From: Heterodontus francisci
Lineage: Eukaryota
Assembly (NCBI RefSeq): GCF_036365525.1
Contig: NC_090404.1
Span: 1,426,001-1,490,000, forward strand
Direction of reading: 5' to 3'
Length of the DNA: 64,000 nucleotides
In this document: positions 49,936-62,296 of the stretch, one piece after another
Numbering within the stretch: the stretch's first letter is position 1
Layout of the letters: each line of letters starts with the position of its first letter
Notes under the pieces: model-generated
Database searches by the model: none
What the model was told of the DNA's origin: nothing
Seen by the model: the letters and a program-made list of their open reading frames with translations, nothing else
Translations under genes and position numbers: made by a program

Positions 49936-50901
49936 GTAGGATCCTGGGCCTGACTCCAATATTAATATCATTTGTCCCGATGGCTATAAACTCAATTAGG
50001 TCCAGACAAGTTCAAAACGTGCAGTAATGTAGTGGTTCTGTAAGTGGACTAGAAATCCAGAGGCCTGGACAAAGAAAGAAATAATAGCATTTTTGTTGCA
50101 TCTTTCACATCCTCAGGACATTCCAAAACACTTGACAGCCAACAAAGTATTTTTTTGAAGTGCAGTCACTATTGCAATGCAAGGAGCGCGTCAAATAATT
50201 TGTGTACAAGGTCCCACAGACAGCAATATGATGATGACCAGATAATCTGTTTTAGTGTTGTTGAATTTGAGATAAATCTTGACCAGGCCACGGAGGACAT
50301 CTCCCCTTCCCTCTTTTGAATCATGGCCATAGGATCACTTTGGTCCACCTGAGAAGGCAGAGTAGGCCTTGGTGTAACATCTCATCTGAAAGACGGCAGG
50401 TCTGACAGTGATGCACTCCCTCAGTCCTGGCTCCGGGTACGCGGTCTTGATTATGTGCTCAAGTGTCTGGAGTGGAGCTTAAACACACAACCTTCCGACA
50501 CAGAGGAGAGGGCCCTACCAATGAGCCAAGATTGACAGGTACAGTTCATAATCCTGAGAACTGAGTTCAAATCCCACCGAGGCAGTTTGAGAATTTGAAT
50601 TCAGTTTGAAAAGTAAAAATTGGAAATAGAAAGTTGGTTTCAATAAAAGTGACCATGAAGCTGTCGGATGGTCATAAAAACCCAACTGGTTTGTGAATGT
50701 TCCTTTGGGAAAGGATACCTGTTGCCTTTACCCTGGTGGTTCTAGTCCCATACCACTGTGCTTGACACATAACTCCCCTCTGAAGTAGCCAAGCTAACCA
50801 CTCAGTTGTATCTCTGGAGATGAGCATGAAATGCCAGAATTGCAAGTGAAGCCGACATCCCATTATGGAATCAGAAAATAATATTGTAATATTTCTCCCA
50901 G

Positions 50902-51222
50902 ATGAATGTTTGGACACTGGGATCTCGGTCATCTTAAGCAAGCCTCTTTTTGAAGAGATCTGGAGGAACAGGATGGCGACAATTCTTTGTGAGGTACTTC
51001 ATGGTGATTTAGAGGGGGTCAGGGTAACCTGGCAGGTGGATGGAAGTGAGAGAGAAGATGGAGTGAAGACTCAGGGTCCCGAGAGGATTGGAGATAAAGA
51101 CGTGATCTTCAGCAGACTGACGGTCCCTGCTGCAGAGTGGGAGAGTGGGGTTGAGTATTTGTGTTTGGTGGAGGACAAGAGTTTGCCAACGCCGGAGAAG
51201 AGGTCAATCAGGAAAGCTCAAG
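50902..51222 (+). CDS. IgW: IgW penultimate constant exon (CH5-type)
   Basis: ctcccag| acceptor. (D)ECLDTGISVILSKPLFEEIWRNRMATILCEV...VTWQVDG...EWESGVEYLCLVEDKSLPTPEKRSIRKAQ. Donor G|gtacgt; 321 nt. Confidence 0.95.
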
Positions 51223-52351
51223 GTACGTGTGGATGGAACTGTGAGTCTGTTCTTAGCAAATGAAGTGATTTATTAATATCTAACAGTAAGCTGTTTAATC
51301 CGGGGTGTCAGACTGTGTTAAAGACCAAGAGATGTGCAAACACTGCCAAGAAATAGATCAGATAAAACCTCAAATCACCACAACAGCCTCACTCCAAATC
51401 ACACTGACTCCCATGGAATCAGTTCACGGTTATGGAATAAACAGAGAGGGATTAGCAGCTTTCACAACATTAGAAAGATCCCGAGTCAAGTCAGCCATTG
51501 GAATGGTGAGGGAGATCGTCTGTCTGAGGAGTAGGTTGAAGCCGAGCAAATCCATTAAGAGGAAGGGGAGATGAAGCAGACACCACAGGACGAGAATAAT
51601 CCCTGAAGCCTAACTCTCAACAACAGTAAGCAGGGGCTGGGAAGTGGATCTCTGATGTTTCTCATAGAATCATATAACACAGAAGGAGGCCATTCAGTCC
51701 ATCACCCCTGGGCCAGCTCTTTGAAAGAGCTATTCAATAATCTCACACCCGATCTACTCTTCCCCAATAGCCTTGCAGTTTTCTCTCTTTCAACCAGATA
51801 TACAATTCCCTTGTGAAAGTTGCTATTTAATCTGTTTCCACCACCCCCTTTCAGGCAGTGCTTTCCAGATCATCAGAACTCGCTGAGCAAAAGAAGATTC
51901 TCCTCTCTTTCCCTCTGGTTGTTTTCCAATTCTCTAAAATGACTGCCCTCTATTTACTGACTCTCGTACCAGTGGAAACAGTTTATCCTTATTTATTCCA
52001 TTAAAATCCCTCACGATTTTAAGAATTTTGATTAAATTGATCATTCAAAGAACAGTCCATCGCCATTAAACGTTAGGACACTCTTTCTGCAGAGTCCCAG
52101 TTGTTCACTGGCTCCAAATGTTTAAACTGAACAAGTTATTCTCACTGGTTATAAAATCAGCATGATTGAAGATTCCATCCCATGCACCCTCTACTCCAAC
52201 AATGAACAAAATGAGAAATGCTTTTAGTTTCTGATATAGGAGGGGTTCTTGGGGATGCAAAAGTTCCTAGGTTTGTAGAAGAATAGAACATGTTAGGTAA
52301 ATACAGGATGAGTGAAAGACTCAGTCTAACCCAGGTTGTCTCTGTTTCCAG

Positions 52352-52734
52352 TTGATGTTCAGACTCATCCTCAAGTCTACCTCCTCCCCCCTTCACCACA
52401 TGAGATGGAGACGGATCAGACGGCAACCCTGGTTTGTCTGGTCACCGGATTCTCCCCCGCAGAGATCTACCTGGCCTGGATGGCCAATGACACGCTTCTG
52501 AAGTCAGGGTTTGTGAACCAGCCAGTGACCGAGGATGGCAGAAGTGGCTGGAACTCAGGCAGTCAGTTGACAGTCTCTGCAGAGGAGTGGAACAGCGGCA
52601 CCACTTATTCCTGTGTGGTGGGACACGAGTCAGTCACAACCAGTTTGTTCAGAAGCATCAATAAATCTCATAACAAACCCACCTTGGTCAATGTCTCACT
52701 TGTTCTAACTGATAGCTTTAAATCCTGTTCATAA
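52352..52734 (+). CDS. IgW: IgW terminal constant exon (CH6-type) plus long-form secretory tail
   Basis: ttccag| acceptor. HPQVYLLPPS...ATLVCLVTGFSPAEIYLAW...YSCVVGHES...INKSHNKPTLVNVSLVLTDSFKSCS*, a mu-like tailpiece with an NVS sequon and penultimate Cys. Confidence 0.96.
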
Positions 52735-52876
52735 CATCTACTGATTCAATCAATCACCTATTTCTCTAATCCCTGTAAATGTATGGTTAACCCAACCAGA
52801 GGATTGTTGTGATCGCTATGAAATCTCTCTTCTGGCAGTAACTGAGGAAAAAAAATATCCATTGATCAAATTAGAC

Positions 52877-52882
52877 AATAAA
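52877..52882 (+). terminator. Poly(A) signal for the long secretory mRNA (second AATAAA at 53024-53029)
   Basis: AATAAA about 140 nt after the stop codon. Confidence 0.6.
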
Positions 52883-53784
52883 CATCCTTTTCTCCAAATG
52901 TCTGAATGTCCAGAGTTCTTTTTGAAACCTTCTTGTGCTGTGTTTGAGCAAGTGTGAAACTTGTATGGGACCCCATGAAGGGTTAAATGTATTAGTAAAT
53001 TGTTAATGTACTGATCCAATTTCAATAAACGAGATGTGAAAAGGTTTTAGTTTTGGGTGTTCATTATTGCTGTGTTTTGGGAGACAGTAAATGAGAAACT
53101 TGGGACATGAGGTGTGGGGGGTGTAGCATGTTTGGGAGGAACAGGGGACTTTGGACCTACAGTTTCCAAAGTTCTCCACCACTGGGATTTCCTCACTGCA
53201 TGTCTGGGTCTGTTGTAGATGAATCAATAAGAGATTGATTGATATGATTAGTTCACAACTCCATCATCATTGTATCACACGAATATCAGGATGGCAGAAG
53301 GCAAACTCGATGGACTTTGGTCATTCATTGTTGAGCAATTTCAGTTTGTGCAAAGCAAGATCCCACAATAAGAGCTGTGAGAATGACCACATCATCTGTT
53401 TTTAGATGTTTGTTGAGGGATTAAATGTTGTCTCAGGACACTGTGGAGAATTCCACTGCTTTTCTTTTAATAACGCTGTGGGATTATTTACATCCACCTG
53501 AGGGGCCATTATTTAACGTCTCATCTGAAAGACAACACCTGACAGTTCAGCACTTCCTCAGTCCTCCACTGGAGTGTCGACCTAGATTATGGGCTGAAGT
53601 CTTTGGAGTGGAACCCATAACCTTCAGACTCAGAGGCAAACATGCTCCCCACTAAGCCACCTGTGTCAGGTGAGGGATGTCCCTGTTTGAGGTGCTCAGG
53701 CACCTCGGTGCTGCTCAACCAGGTGTGGATGGATGAGGTTGAATGAAAGAAGTCGTGTGTTTAGACACTGGTCACTTTTCTAAA

Positions 53785-55408
53785 AGATGCCAACATCATC
53801 ACCCTCTATAAAAACAAAGGTGACCGCGGTGACTGCAACAACTACCGTGGAATCTCCCTGCTCAGCATAGTGGGGAAAGTCTTTGCTCGAGTCGCTCTGA
53901 ACAGGCTCCAGAAGCTGGCCGAGCGCGTCTACCCTGAGGCACAGTGTGGCTTTCGTGCAGAGAGATCGACTATTGACATGCTGTTCTCCCTTCGTCAGAT
54001 ACAGGAGAAATGCCGTGAACAACAGATGCCCCTCTACATTGCTTTCATTGATCTCACCAAAGCCTTTGACCTCGTCAGCAGACGTGGTCTCTTCAGACTA
54101 CTAGAAAAGATCGGATGTCCACCAAAGCTACTAAGTATCATCACCTCATTCCATGACAATATGAAAGGCACAATTCAACAAGGTGGCTCCTCATCAGAGC
54201 CCTTTCCTATCCTGAGTGGTGTGAAACAGGGCTGTGTTCTCGCACCCACACTTTTTGGGATTTTCTTCTCCCTGCTGCTTTCACATGCGTTCAAATCCTC
54301 TGAAGAAGGAATTTTCCTCCACACAAGATCAGGGGGCAGGTTGTTCAACCTTGCCCGTCTAAGAGCGAAGTCCAAAGTACGGAAAGTCCTCATCAGAGAA
54401 CTCCTCTTTGCTGACGATGCTGCTTTAACATCTCACACTGAAGAATGCCTGCAGAGTCTCATCGACAGGTTTGCGTCTGCCTGCAATGAATTTGGCCTAA
54501 CCATCAGCCTCAAGAAAACGAACATCATGGGGCAGGATGTCAGAAATGCTCCATCCATCAATATTGGCGACCACGCTCTGGAAGTGGTTCAAGAGTTCAC
54601 CTACCTAGGCTCAACTATCACCAGTAACCTGTCTCTAGATGCAGAAATCAACAAGCGCATGGGTAAGGCTTCCACTGCTATGTTCAGACTGGCCAAGAGA
54701 GTGTGGGAAAATGGCGCACTGACACGGAACACAAAAGTCCGAGTGTATCAGGCCTGTGTCCTCAGTACCTTGCTCTACGGCAGCGAGGCCTGGACAACGT
54801 ATGCCAGCCAAGAGCGACGTCTCAATTCATTCCATCTTCGCTGCCTTCGGAGAATACTTGGCATCAGGTGGCAGGACTATATCTCCAACACAGAAGTCCT
54901 TGAAGCGGCCAACACCCCCAGCTTATACACACTACTGAGTCAGCGGCGCTTGAGATGGCTTGGCCATGTGAGCCGCATGGAAGATGGCAGGATCCCCAAA
55001 GACACATTGTACAGCGAGCTCGCCACTGGTATCAGACCCACCGGCCGTCCATGTCTCCGCTATAAAGACGTCTGCAAACGCGACATGAAATCGTGTGACA
55101 TTGATCACAAGTCGTGGGAGTCAGTTGCCAGCATTCGCCAGAGCTGGCGGGCAGCCATAAAGACAGGGCTAAATTGTGGCGAGTCGAAGAGACTTAGTAG
55201 TTGGCAGGAAAAAAGACAGAGGCGCAAGGGGAGAGCCAACTGTGCAACAGCCCCAACAAACAAATTTCTCTGCAGCACCTGTGGAAGAGCCTGTCACTCC
55301 AGAATTGGCCTTTATAGCCACTCCAGGCGCTGCTTCACAAACCACTGACCACCTCCAGGCGCGTATCCATTGTCTCTCGAGATAAGGAGGCCCAAAAGAA
55401 AGAAAGAA
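53785..55408 (+). mobile_element. 5'-truncated RTE-clade LINE with an uninterrupted RT reading frame
   Basis: Open frame to 55348 (AFIDLTKAFD, GVKQGCVLAP, LLFADD, C-terminal CSTC...H..RC), an (aaag)n tail, and an 11-bp TSD ac(t/a)tttctaaa at 53774-53784 and 55409-55419. Confidence 0.95.
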
Positions 55409-55792
55409 ACATTTCTAAACCAATGGTTTAGTGAAACGTCTGTCTGTCAATACCAAACTAAATCTCACTTATAACACTTGACCAATAAGCTATCCTGTGG
55501 AAAACTGTAGTTAATATATCGCAATGACAGAGGGCTCTGTAGCAATGAGGCTGGAAGATCCCCTCATGTTTGCACACTGACCATCACTGGATTACTTCCC
55601 GTTATTACATTACAGTGATCCATCAATCGCAGGCTTTCACATCCCATTTGGTCCCTCACTCACTCACATCACCGCTCAGAAGAGTTTATGTCATTGAGCA
55701 GATGAGGCCATTGCTGTATCTGGTGACTCCTTTGAATTTAAAAGTTCATTTAATGCAGCCTCAGAAAATCTTATGTTGATGACAACTTTATA

Positions 55793-56140
55793 TTTTTTAT
55801 TTATTTATTTAGAGATACAGCACTGAAACAGGCCCTTCGGCCCACCGAGTCTGTGCCGACCAACAACCACCCATTTATACTAATCCTACATTAATCCCAT
55901 ATTCCCTACCACATCCCCACCATTCTCCTACCACCTACCTACACTAGGGGCAATTTACAATGGCCAATTTACCTATTGATTTGCAAGTCTTTGGCTGTGG
56001 GAAGAAACTGGAGCACCCGGCGGAAACCCACGCGGTCACAGGGAGAACTTACAAACTCCGCACAGGCAGTACCCAGAATTGAACCCGGGTCGCTGGAGCT
56101 GTGAGGCTGCGGTGCTAACCACTGCGCCACTGTGCCGCCC
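55793..56140 (-). mobile_element. HE1/V-SINE-type tRNA-derived SINE
   Basis: Reverse strand begins gggcggcacagtggcgcagtggttagcaccgcagcctcacag with A/B boxes and ends in (taaa)n. Confidence 0.85.
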
Positions 56141-56743
56141 CATAGAAGCAGAGAAGCAGAAAGAACAACATTTTTCAAGTTACAATGCATCTCATCCTGG
56201 CTGCAGGGATAATCTGAGAGTGCTTCATAATCAATGGGTTTGTTTGTCGGTCACTGACTGTTAATGAAGCCAAGGAGCCGGCAACCCGTGTTTGAGTTGA
56301 TAGGTTGGATAACACAACAGGGAAATGAAGAATCAAGGGGAGACGGAAGGACTGAGGTTTTGGAAGTGACTTAATGTCCATCTGGTGTTTGTTTGTGCAT
56401 AAGTTTGAGAGTATCAGTGAGTGAGACAAAGAGAGGGAGAAATTACGAGAGCAACAGTAAAATAGAGAGAGGGGGACAGAATATGTGAGATAGAGGGAAG
56501 GAAGTGAGAGAGACAGAAAGACAGAGACAAAGAGGGAGACAGAACCAGAGAGAGAGACAGACTGAGAAAGCGACAAAGACAGACAAGATAGAGATAAAGA
56601 CTGTCTAATGATTCACTGCCCCCAGTGCTGCTCCATCATAACCTCCTCCCTCGCTGTATCATCTTCAAACTATTGCGATGTTGTTGACCTTCAGGAAATG
56701 TCCACAGTAAACTTTAACAACCCCAATTTCTCATTTCTTTCAG

Positions 56744-56877
56744 ATAACCTTTCAGACCTGGAAGGGAAGGAAGAAGCGGGAGATTGGGATGGAGACGACA
56801 ACGTGCGAGCAGTCACTGCCTTTGCCATTCTGTTTATTCTAAGTTTCCTCTACAGTACCTTTGTTACTGTTGTCAAG
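56744..56877 (+). CDS. IgW: IgW transmembrane exon TM1
   Basis: ctttcag| acceptor. (D)NLSDLEGKEEAGDWDGDDNVRAVTAFAILFILSFLYSTFVTVVK gives an acidic spacer and the CART motif. Donor AAG|gtaatc. Confidence 0.95.
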
Positions 56878-57254
56878 GTAATCAGACTTTTAACTATCAA
56901 ATGAACAACAACACAGACATCCTAAAAAGAGCCAGTGATTACCTTCAATTTATCACCACATCTTATTATCTGACTCTGAGATTCCAACTATCACATTAGG
57001 AACAGACGAACAGTGCAGTGAGGAGCCCTTCACAGCCACTGGGACTTTGAAGCTTTTCTCTTCACCTGTCCCGAGGACCTCGATACACCACAGAAGGTCA
57101 GACCACCACTCTTTAGGCCCCATCTCCCAGAATAAGGACAGATCACCTGTCCTTTATACACCCAGCATAAGGACAGACTGCTTGTCCTTTCAGACCCAAC
57201 TTCAACGATAAGAACAGAACATTTATCCTTCAGTGCGCATGTCAATGAATAAGG

Positions 57255-57440
57255 TCACACGGCATGTCCTTTAGGGTCCATCTCCCCGAATAGGGTCAGA
57301 CTGCCTGTCCTTTAGGGTCCATCTCCCAGAATAGGGTCAGACTGCCTGTCCTTTCAGGTCCATCTCCCAGAATAGGGTCAGACTGCCTGTCCTTTCGGGT
57401 CCATCTCCCAGAATAGGGTCACGTCGCTTGTCCTTTACGG
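57255..57440. repeat. 41-bp tandem repeat in the TM1-TM2 intron
   Basis: gggtccatctcccagaatagggtcagactgcctgtccttt repeated ~4 times. Confidence 0.85.
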
Positions 57441-57500
57441 TTACACTACCTGTTCTACTGTGGCACACACAAGCATCTTACTCTGCTGTCTGTATTACAG

Positions 57501-57512
57501 GTTCAGCAATGA
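57501..57512 (+). CDS. IgW: IgW TM2 exon (VQQ*), 3' UTR to AATAAA at 57850-57855
   Basis: tattacag|GTT CAG CAA TGA; phase 0 matches the TM1 donor and gives a short KVQQ cytoplasmic tail. Confidence 0.8.
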   Translation, partial: VQQ

Positions 57513-57949
57513 CCAGCTGATGCACGCTGCTCACATTCAGACCTGTCAAGATGTGAATTGTCCAGAAGTGTCCCCGTGATATTTGGGAATGGGACCTTTC
57601 CATTGCGCACTGGGAAATGTTCAGCGACTGCACTGCAACAGCTCATTCTGGCAGATGAAACTTCAGATGGACTGGGGGAGATTAAGAGAGAAAGGGGTGC
57701 AGGGGAGGGGGGAGGGAGAGAGGAGGGGGAGGGAAATGGGGGAGAGGAGGAGCATGGGAACAGGGGAAGGGAATGGGAGGGGATTATTGCCTGCAGCTTT
57801 TTTTAACAAGTTTTTCACTGATGTAAAAGTTTTTGTTTGAGACTAAATCAATAAAAACCAAAAAGTGAAATGAAATATGCTGTGGTGTGAAGGGGGGGGG
57901 GGGGGATGAAACTAAGGGAGACTGAGTACAGTCATTGGGCAAATATACC

Positions 57950-58450
57950 CAAGGATCAGATATTGGAGGAGATTTACAGTCCCATGTATGATCAAATTCC
58001 CCAAAGTAGTTATTGCAGAATATACCCCAGGAGCAGATATTGGAGGAGATTCACAGTCCCATGTATGAGTGAATTCCCCCAAGTACAATTATTGGGGAAT
58101 GCACCACAGGAGCAGATATTGGAGGAGATTCACAGTCCCATGTGTGAGTGAATTCCCCCAAGTACAGTTATTGGGAAATGCACCACAGGAGCAGATATTG
58201 GAGGAGATTTACAGTCCCATGTGTGAGTGAATTCCCCCAAGTACAGTTATTGGGAAATGCACCACAGGAGCAGATATTGGAGGAGATTCACAGTCCCATG
58301 TATGAATGAATTCCCCCAAGTAGTTATTGGGGAATGCATACCAGGAGCAGATATTGGAGGAGATTTACAGTCCCATGTGTGAGTGAATTCCCCCAAGTAC
58401 AGTTATTGGGGAATGCATACCAGGAGCAGATATTGGAGGAGATTCCCAGA
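57950..58450. repeat. 79-bp tandem repeat, with diverged relatives to ~59030 and at ~60830-62290
   Basis: gagcagatattggaggagatt recurs at 58031, 58110, 58189 and 58268. Confidence 0.9.
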
Positions 58451-59059
58451 CCTATGTATAAGTGAATCTCCTGAAGTACAGGTAACAGGTTTGAGGATTT
58501 TGCTGGAGTCAACAGGGAAATAGACCCAGGACCTGACATTGGGAGAGAATCTTAGTAACAAAATTTGAGGGAATACACAGCTGTATATTCACAGGAGTGT
58601 TTCAGCCCAGGATCTGATATTGGGGGAATGTTTCCTAGGAACAGATATTGGAGTGATTTCCAGTCCCAGGCATGAAACAATTGCCCCCCAAGCACATTAA
58701 CTGGGGGGAGAAGACCCCATGAACAGATGTGGGGTGAAATCACAGTCCCATCGACCAAGTACAAAGAGTAAGGGAATGCGTCTGTGAACCATAAAAGATT
58801 CCTAGTCGCATGTACGAGAGAATCCACACCTGAGTACAAATAGTGAGGGTATGGACACTAGGGGCATATATTGGGGAAAGTCCCAATCTAATGTATGAGG
58901 GAAATGTCCCCATCATGTACAGTCTTTGGGGAATACACCATGGGACCAGAAATTGGGGGAGATTCCAACTCTCATGTATGATGAAATGCCCCCCGCATAC
59001 TGGTGAAAATGATGGTTCCTCTGGGGAGTGCAACCAGAGCCAACTCCATGCACCATGGT

Positions 59060-60280
59060 TGGCTCAGCTGTATGAGGGTGCAGGAGCAAGATTGGCAAAG
59101 CAATAGTCATAGAGGATGCTATAGTTAGGTGAATAAACAGGCGTTTCTGTGGCTACAGACATGAATTCAGGATAGTATGTTGCCTCCCTGGTGCCAGGGT
59201 CAAGGGTATCACTGAGTGGCTGCAATGCACTCTGTGGGGGCAGGATGAACCGCCAGCATTTGTGACCCATGTTGGTATCAATGACATAAGAAGAATGAGG
59301 GATGAGGTCCTGCAGACAGCTTTTAGGGTTTATTTATTTATTTTTTATTTAGAGATACAGCACTGAAACAGGCCCTTCGGCCCACAGAGTCTGTGCTGAC
59401 CAGCAACCACCCATTTATACTAATCCTACATTAACCCCATATTCCCTACCATTCTCCTACCACCGACCTACACTAGGGGCAATTTACAATGGCCAATTTA
59501 CCTATCAACCTGCAAGTCTTTGGCGGTGGGAGGAAACCGGAGCTCCCGGCGGAAACCCACGCGGTCACAGGGAGAACTTGCAAACTCCGCACAGGCAGTA
59601 CCCAGAACTGAACGTGGGTCGCTGGAGCTATAAGGCTGCGGTGCTAACCACTGCGCCACTGTGCCGCCCCTAAGGTTCTAGGAAAGAAACTAGCAAGGAG
59701 GACCTCCAAAGTAGTAATCTCTGGATTACTCCTGGTGCCATGCGCCAGTGAGTATAGAAATAGGAGGGTACAGCAGATGCATGCGTGGCTGGATAGATGG
59801 TACAGGAGGGAGGGCTTTAGATTCCTGGGACATTGGGATCAGTTCTGGAGGTGACAGAAAAGACATGGTTTGTTTTCCTTAGAGCAGAGAAGGCTGAAGG
59901 AGGACATGATTGAGGTATACAAAATTATGAGGGGCATACATAGGGTAGATAGGAAGAAACTTTCTCCCGTAGTGGAGGTGTCAATAACCAGAGGGCATAG
60001 ATTTAAGGTAAAGGGCAGGAGGTTTAGAGGGGATTTGAAGAAAAATCTTTTCACCCAGAGGGTGGTTGGAATCTGGAACACACTGCCTGCCTGAAGGGGT
60101 GGTAGAGGCAGGAGACCTCACAACAGTTAAGAAGTATTTAGATGAGCACTTGAAATGCCATAGTACACAAGACTACGGGCCAAGTGCTGGAAATTAGATT
60201 AGAATAGATAGGCTTGATGGCTGGCACGGACACGGTGGGCCGAAGGGCCTGTTTCTGTGCTGTATAACTCTATGACTCTA
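59060..60280 (+). mobile_element. Internally deleted CR1-type LINE (esterase-like ORF1 remnant and 3' end), interrupted by a SINE
   Basis: CCLPGARV / HVGINDI / VVISGLL-type remnant, then FSLEQRRLKEDMIEVYKIM...TRGHRFK and a (tctatgac) tail. Confidence 0.75.
59328..59670 (-). mobile_element. HE1/V-SINE-type SINE
   Basis: Closely similar to 55793-56140. Confidence 0.85.
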
Positions 60281-62296
60281 TGCCACCAACCTCACTTGGA
60301 ACATTATTGCCGTTCCTTCACTGTCACTGGGCTAAAAGCCAGAAACTCCCTTCCTAACAGCACTGTGGGTGTACCTACACCACATGGACTGCAGCAGTTC
60401 AAGAAGGCGGCTCACCACCTTAAGGGCAATTAGGGATGGTCAACAAATGCTGGCCTTGCCAGCGACACGCACATCCCATGACAGAATAAAAAAATCCTGG
60501 TACAAAGTCTTCAGAAAAGATGGGAAAGGAAAGAAAGGAGCAGGAGTGGAAGTATTGATAAAAGAGAACATTACAGTGCTGGAGAGAGAGGGTGTCCTAG
60601 AGGGGTCAAGGGCAGAATCTATTTGGTTAGAGCAAAGAAACAATAGAGGTACCATTACACTGCTGGGTGTATTCTATAGGCAGCCAACTAGTGGGAAAGA
60701 TATAGCAGAACAAATTCTCAAGAGAATTACAGAGCGGTGCAAAAATTATAAAACTGTTTCAATGGGGGACTTTAATTATCCTAACATGGACTGGGATAGT
60801 AATAAAGTAAAAGGGAGAGAGGGGGATAAACCCAAGAGCTAGATACTAGATCAGGATATCCCAGGATAAGATATTGGGGACATCACCCAACACAAAAAAT
60901 TTGGAAATAACCCAACTGCATAGTCATAGGTGGAATATGAGCTAATTTTCTGCCAAACTTGTTCATTGCTGGAACAAAATCTAGAACAGGAAAATATCAC
61001 AGGACAATTGGAGCAATTTCACAATCCTAAGTATGAAGGAATTCTCTCCAGTACAAGCATCGGGAGAATATACGCCAGGATCATCTATTGGTTTAGATTC
61101 CCAGTCCTGCCCATCTGTGTAGCCGCCCCCCCCCCAGTTGAGTCATTGAGTGAATACAGCCCAGGACCGGATATTGGGGAATACATTCCAGCAGCTAATA
61201 TTGGGGAAATATACCCCAGGACACTGCAGATATTGGGGGAGGGCAATTCCCAGTCCCATATGTGAGGGAATTCTACCCACTCCAGTAATGTAAATAGGGA
61301 ATAGCCTTCCCTCTCTTGCTCTATTCCTCTCTATAATATCATCCTTCAATCCACTTCCTCCTATGCTCTCTCCCACCCTGTATTATTCTCCTTCCCTCCA
61401 ATTCCACTCAATCTCCATTTTATCCTCCTCCCCCCCTATTTCCTCCTCTCTCTATCTCTCTCTCCCACTCTATAATACTCTCCTTCTGGCTATCACAGCA
61501 GTCTGTGTAATAGGCAGCAACAGCATTGTTTCCCAGGTGACAGAGTCTGCTATTGAGTAACCAGAACCCCCTCCATCCTCATAATTCACCTGTCTATAAA
61601 CCCAATATAAGAGAGGAATTAATGGTGACCTTACACCCTCCATTGCTCACAATTAAGACCCCAACCTCTGCTTCATGTTTTGTGTTTTTTGCTTTTCTCC
61701 TGCCAGCCGATTGCCCAGGCAGTCAGTTTATACAAAATACAACCAGCCTGTGAGTGTCAGCATCTGTCCCTGTGCAGAGTTGGTTAGGGAGGGAGATGTG
61801 AGGATATACTCCAGGACCAGACATTGTGGGAGATTTCCAGTTCCAAATATGAAGAAATCCATGCCAGTACGAATATTGGGAAAATACACCACAGGACGAG
61901 ATATTGCTGGGAATACATCACAGAACTGGATATTTGGACAGATACCGAGGCCCATGTATGAGCTCCTCAACTACATTATTTGGTGGAATACATCCAGGAT
62001 CAGATATTGGAGAATACATGCCATGACCTGATAATGATTTCTAGTAACTAGAAAATCTATTACTCGATTTCTAGTTCCATGTAAGTGGGAACTCTGCCAG
62101 GTACAGCCATTGAGGAAAACACCCAAGCACCAGATATTTGGGGAATGGACCCCAGGACCAAATTTTGGGGGAATACATCACAGGGGAAGATATTGGGTAA
62201 GATTCCCAATCCCAGTTAGCAGGGAATGCAACCTCTGCCGCCCCATATTCATTGGTGAAATGCAGGAAATTGGTGAAATAAGACCAGGACCAAATT

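Noticed and set aside
18152-52734. IgNAR, IgM or TCR identity
   Set aside because: The V has a full FR2/CDR2 with GKGLEW, CH1 has a candidate light-chain Cys, and the Cys-rich short tail exon is characteristic of IgW.
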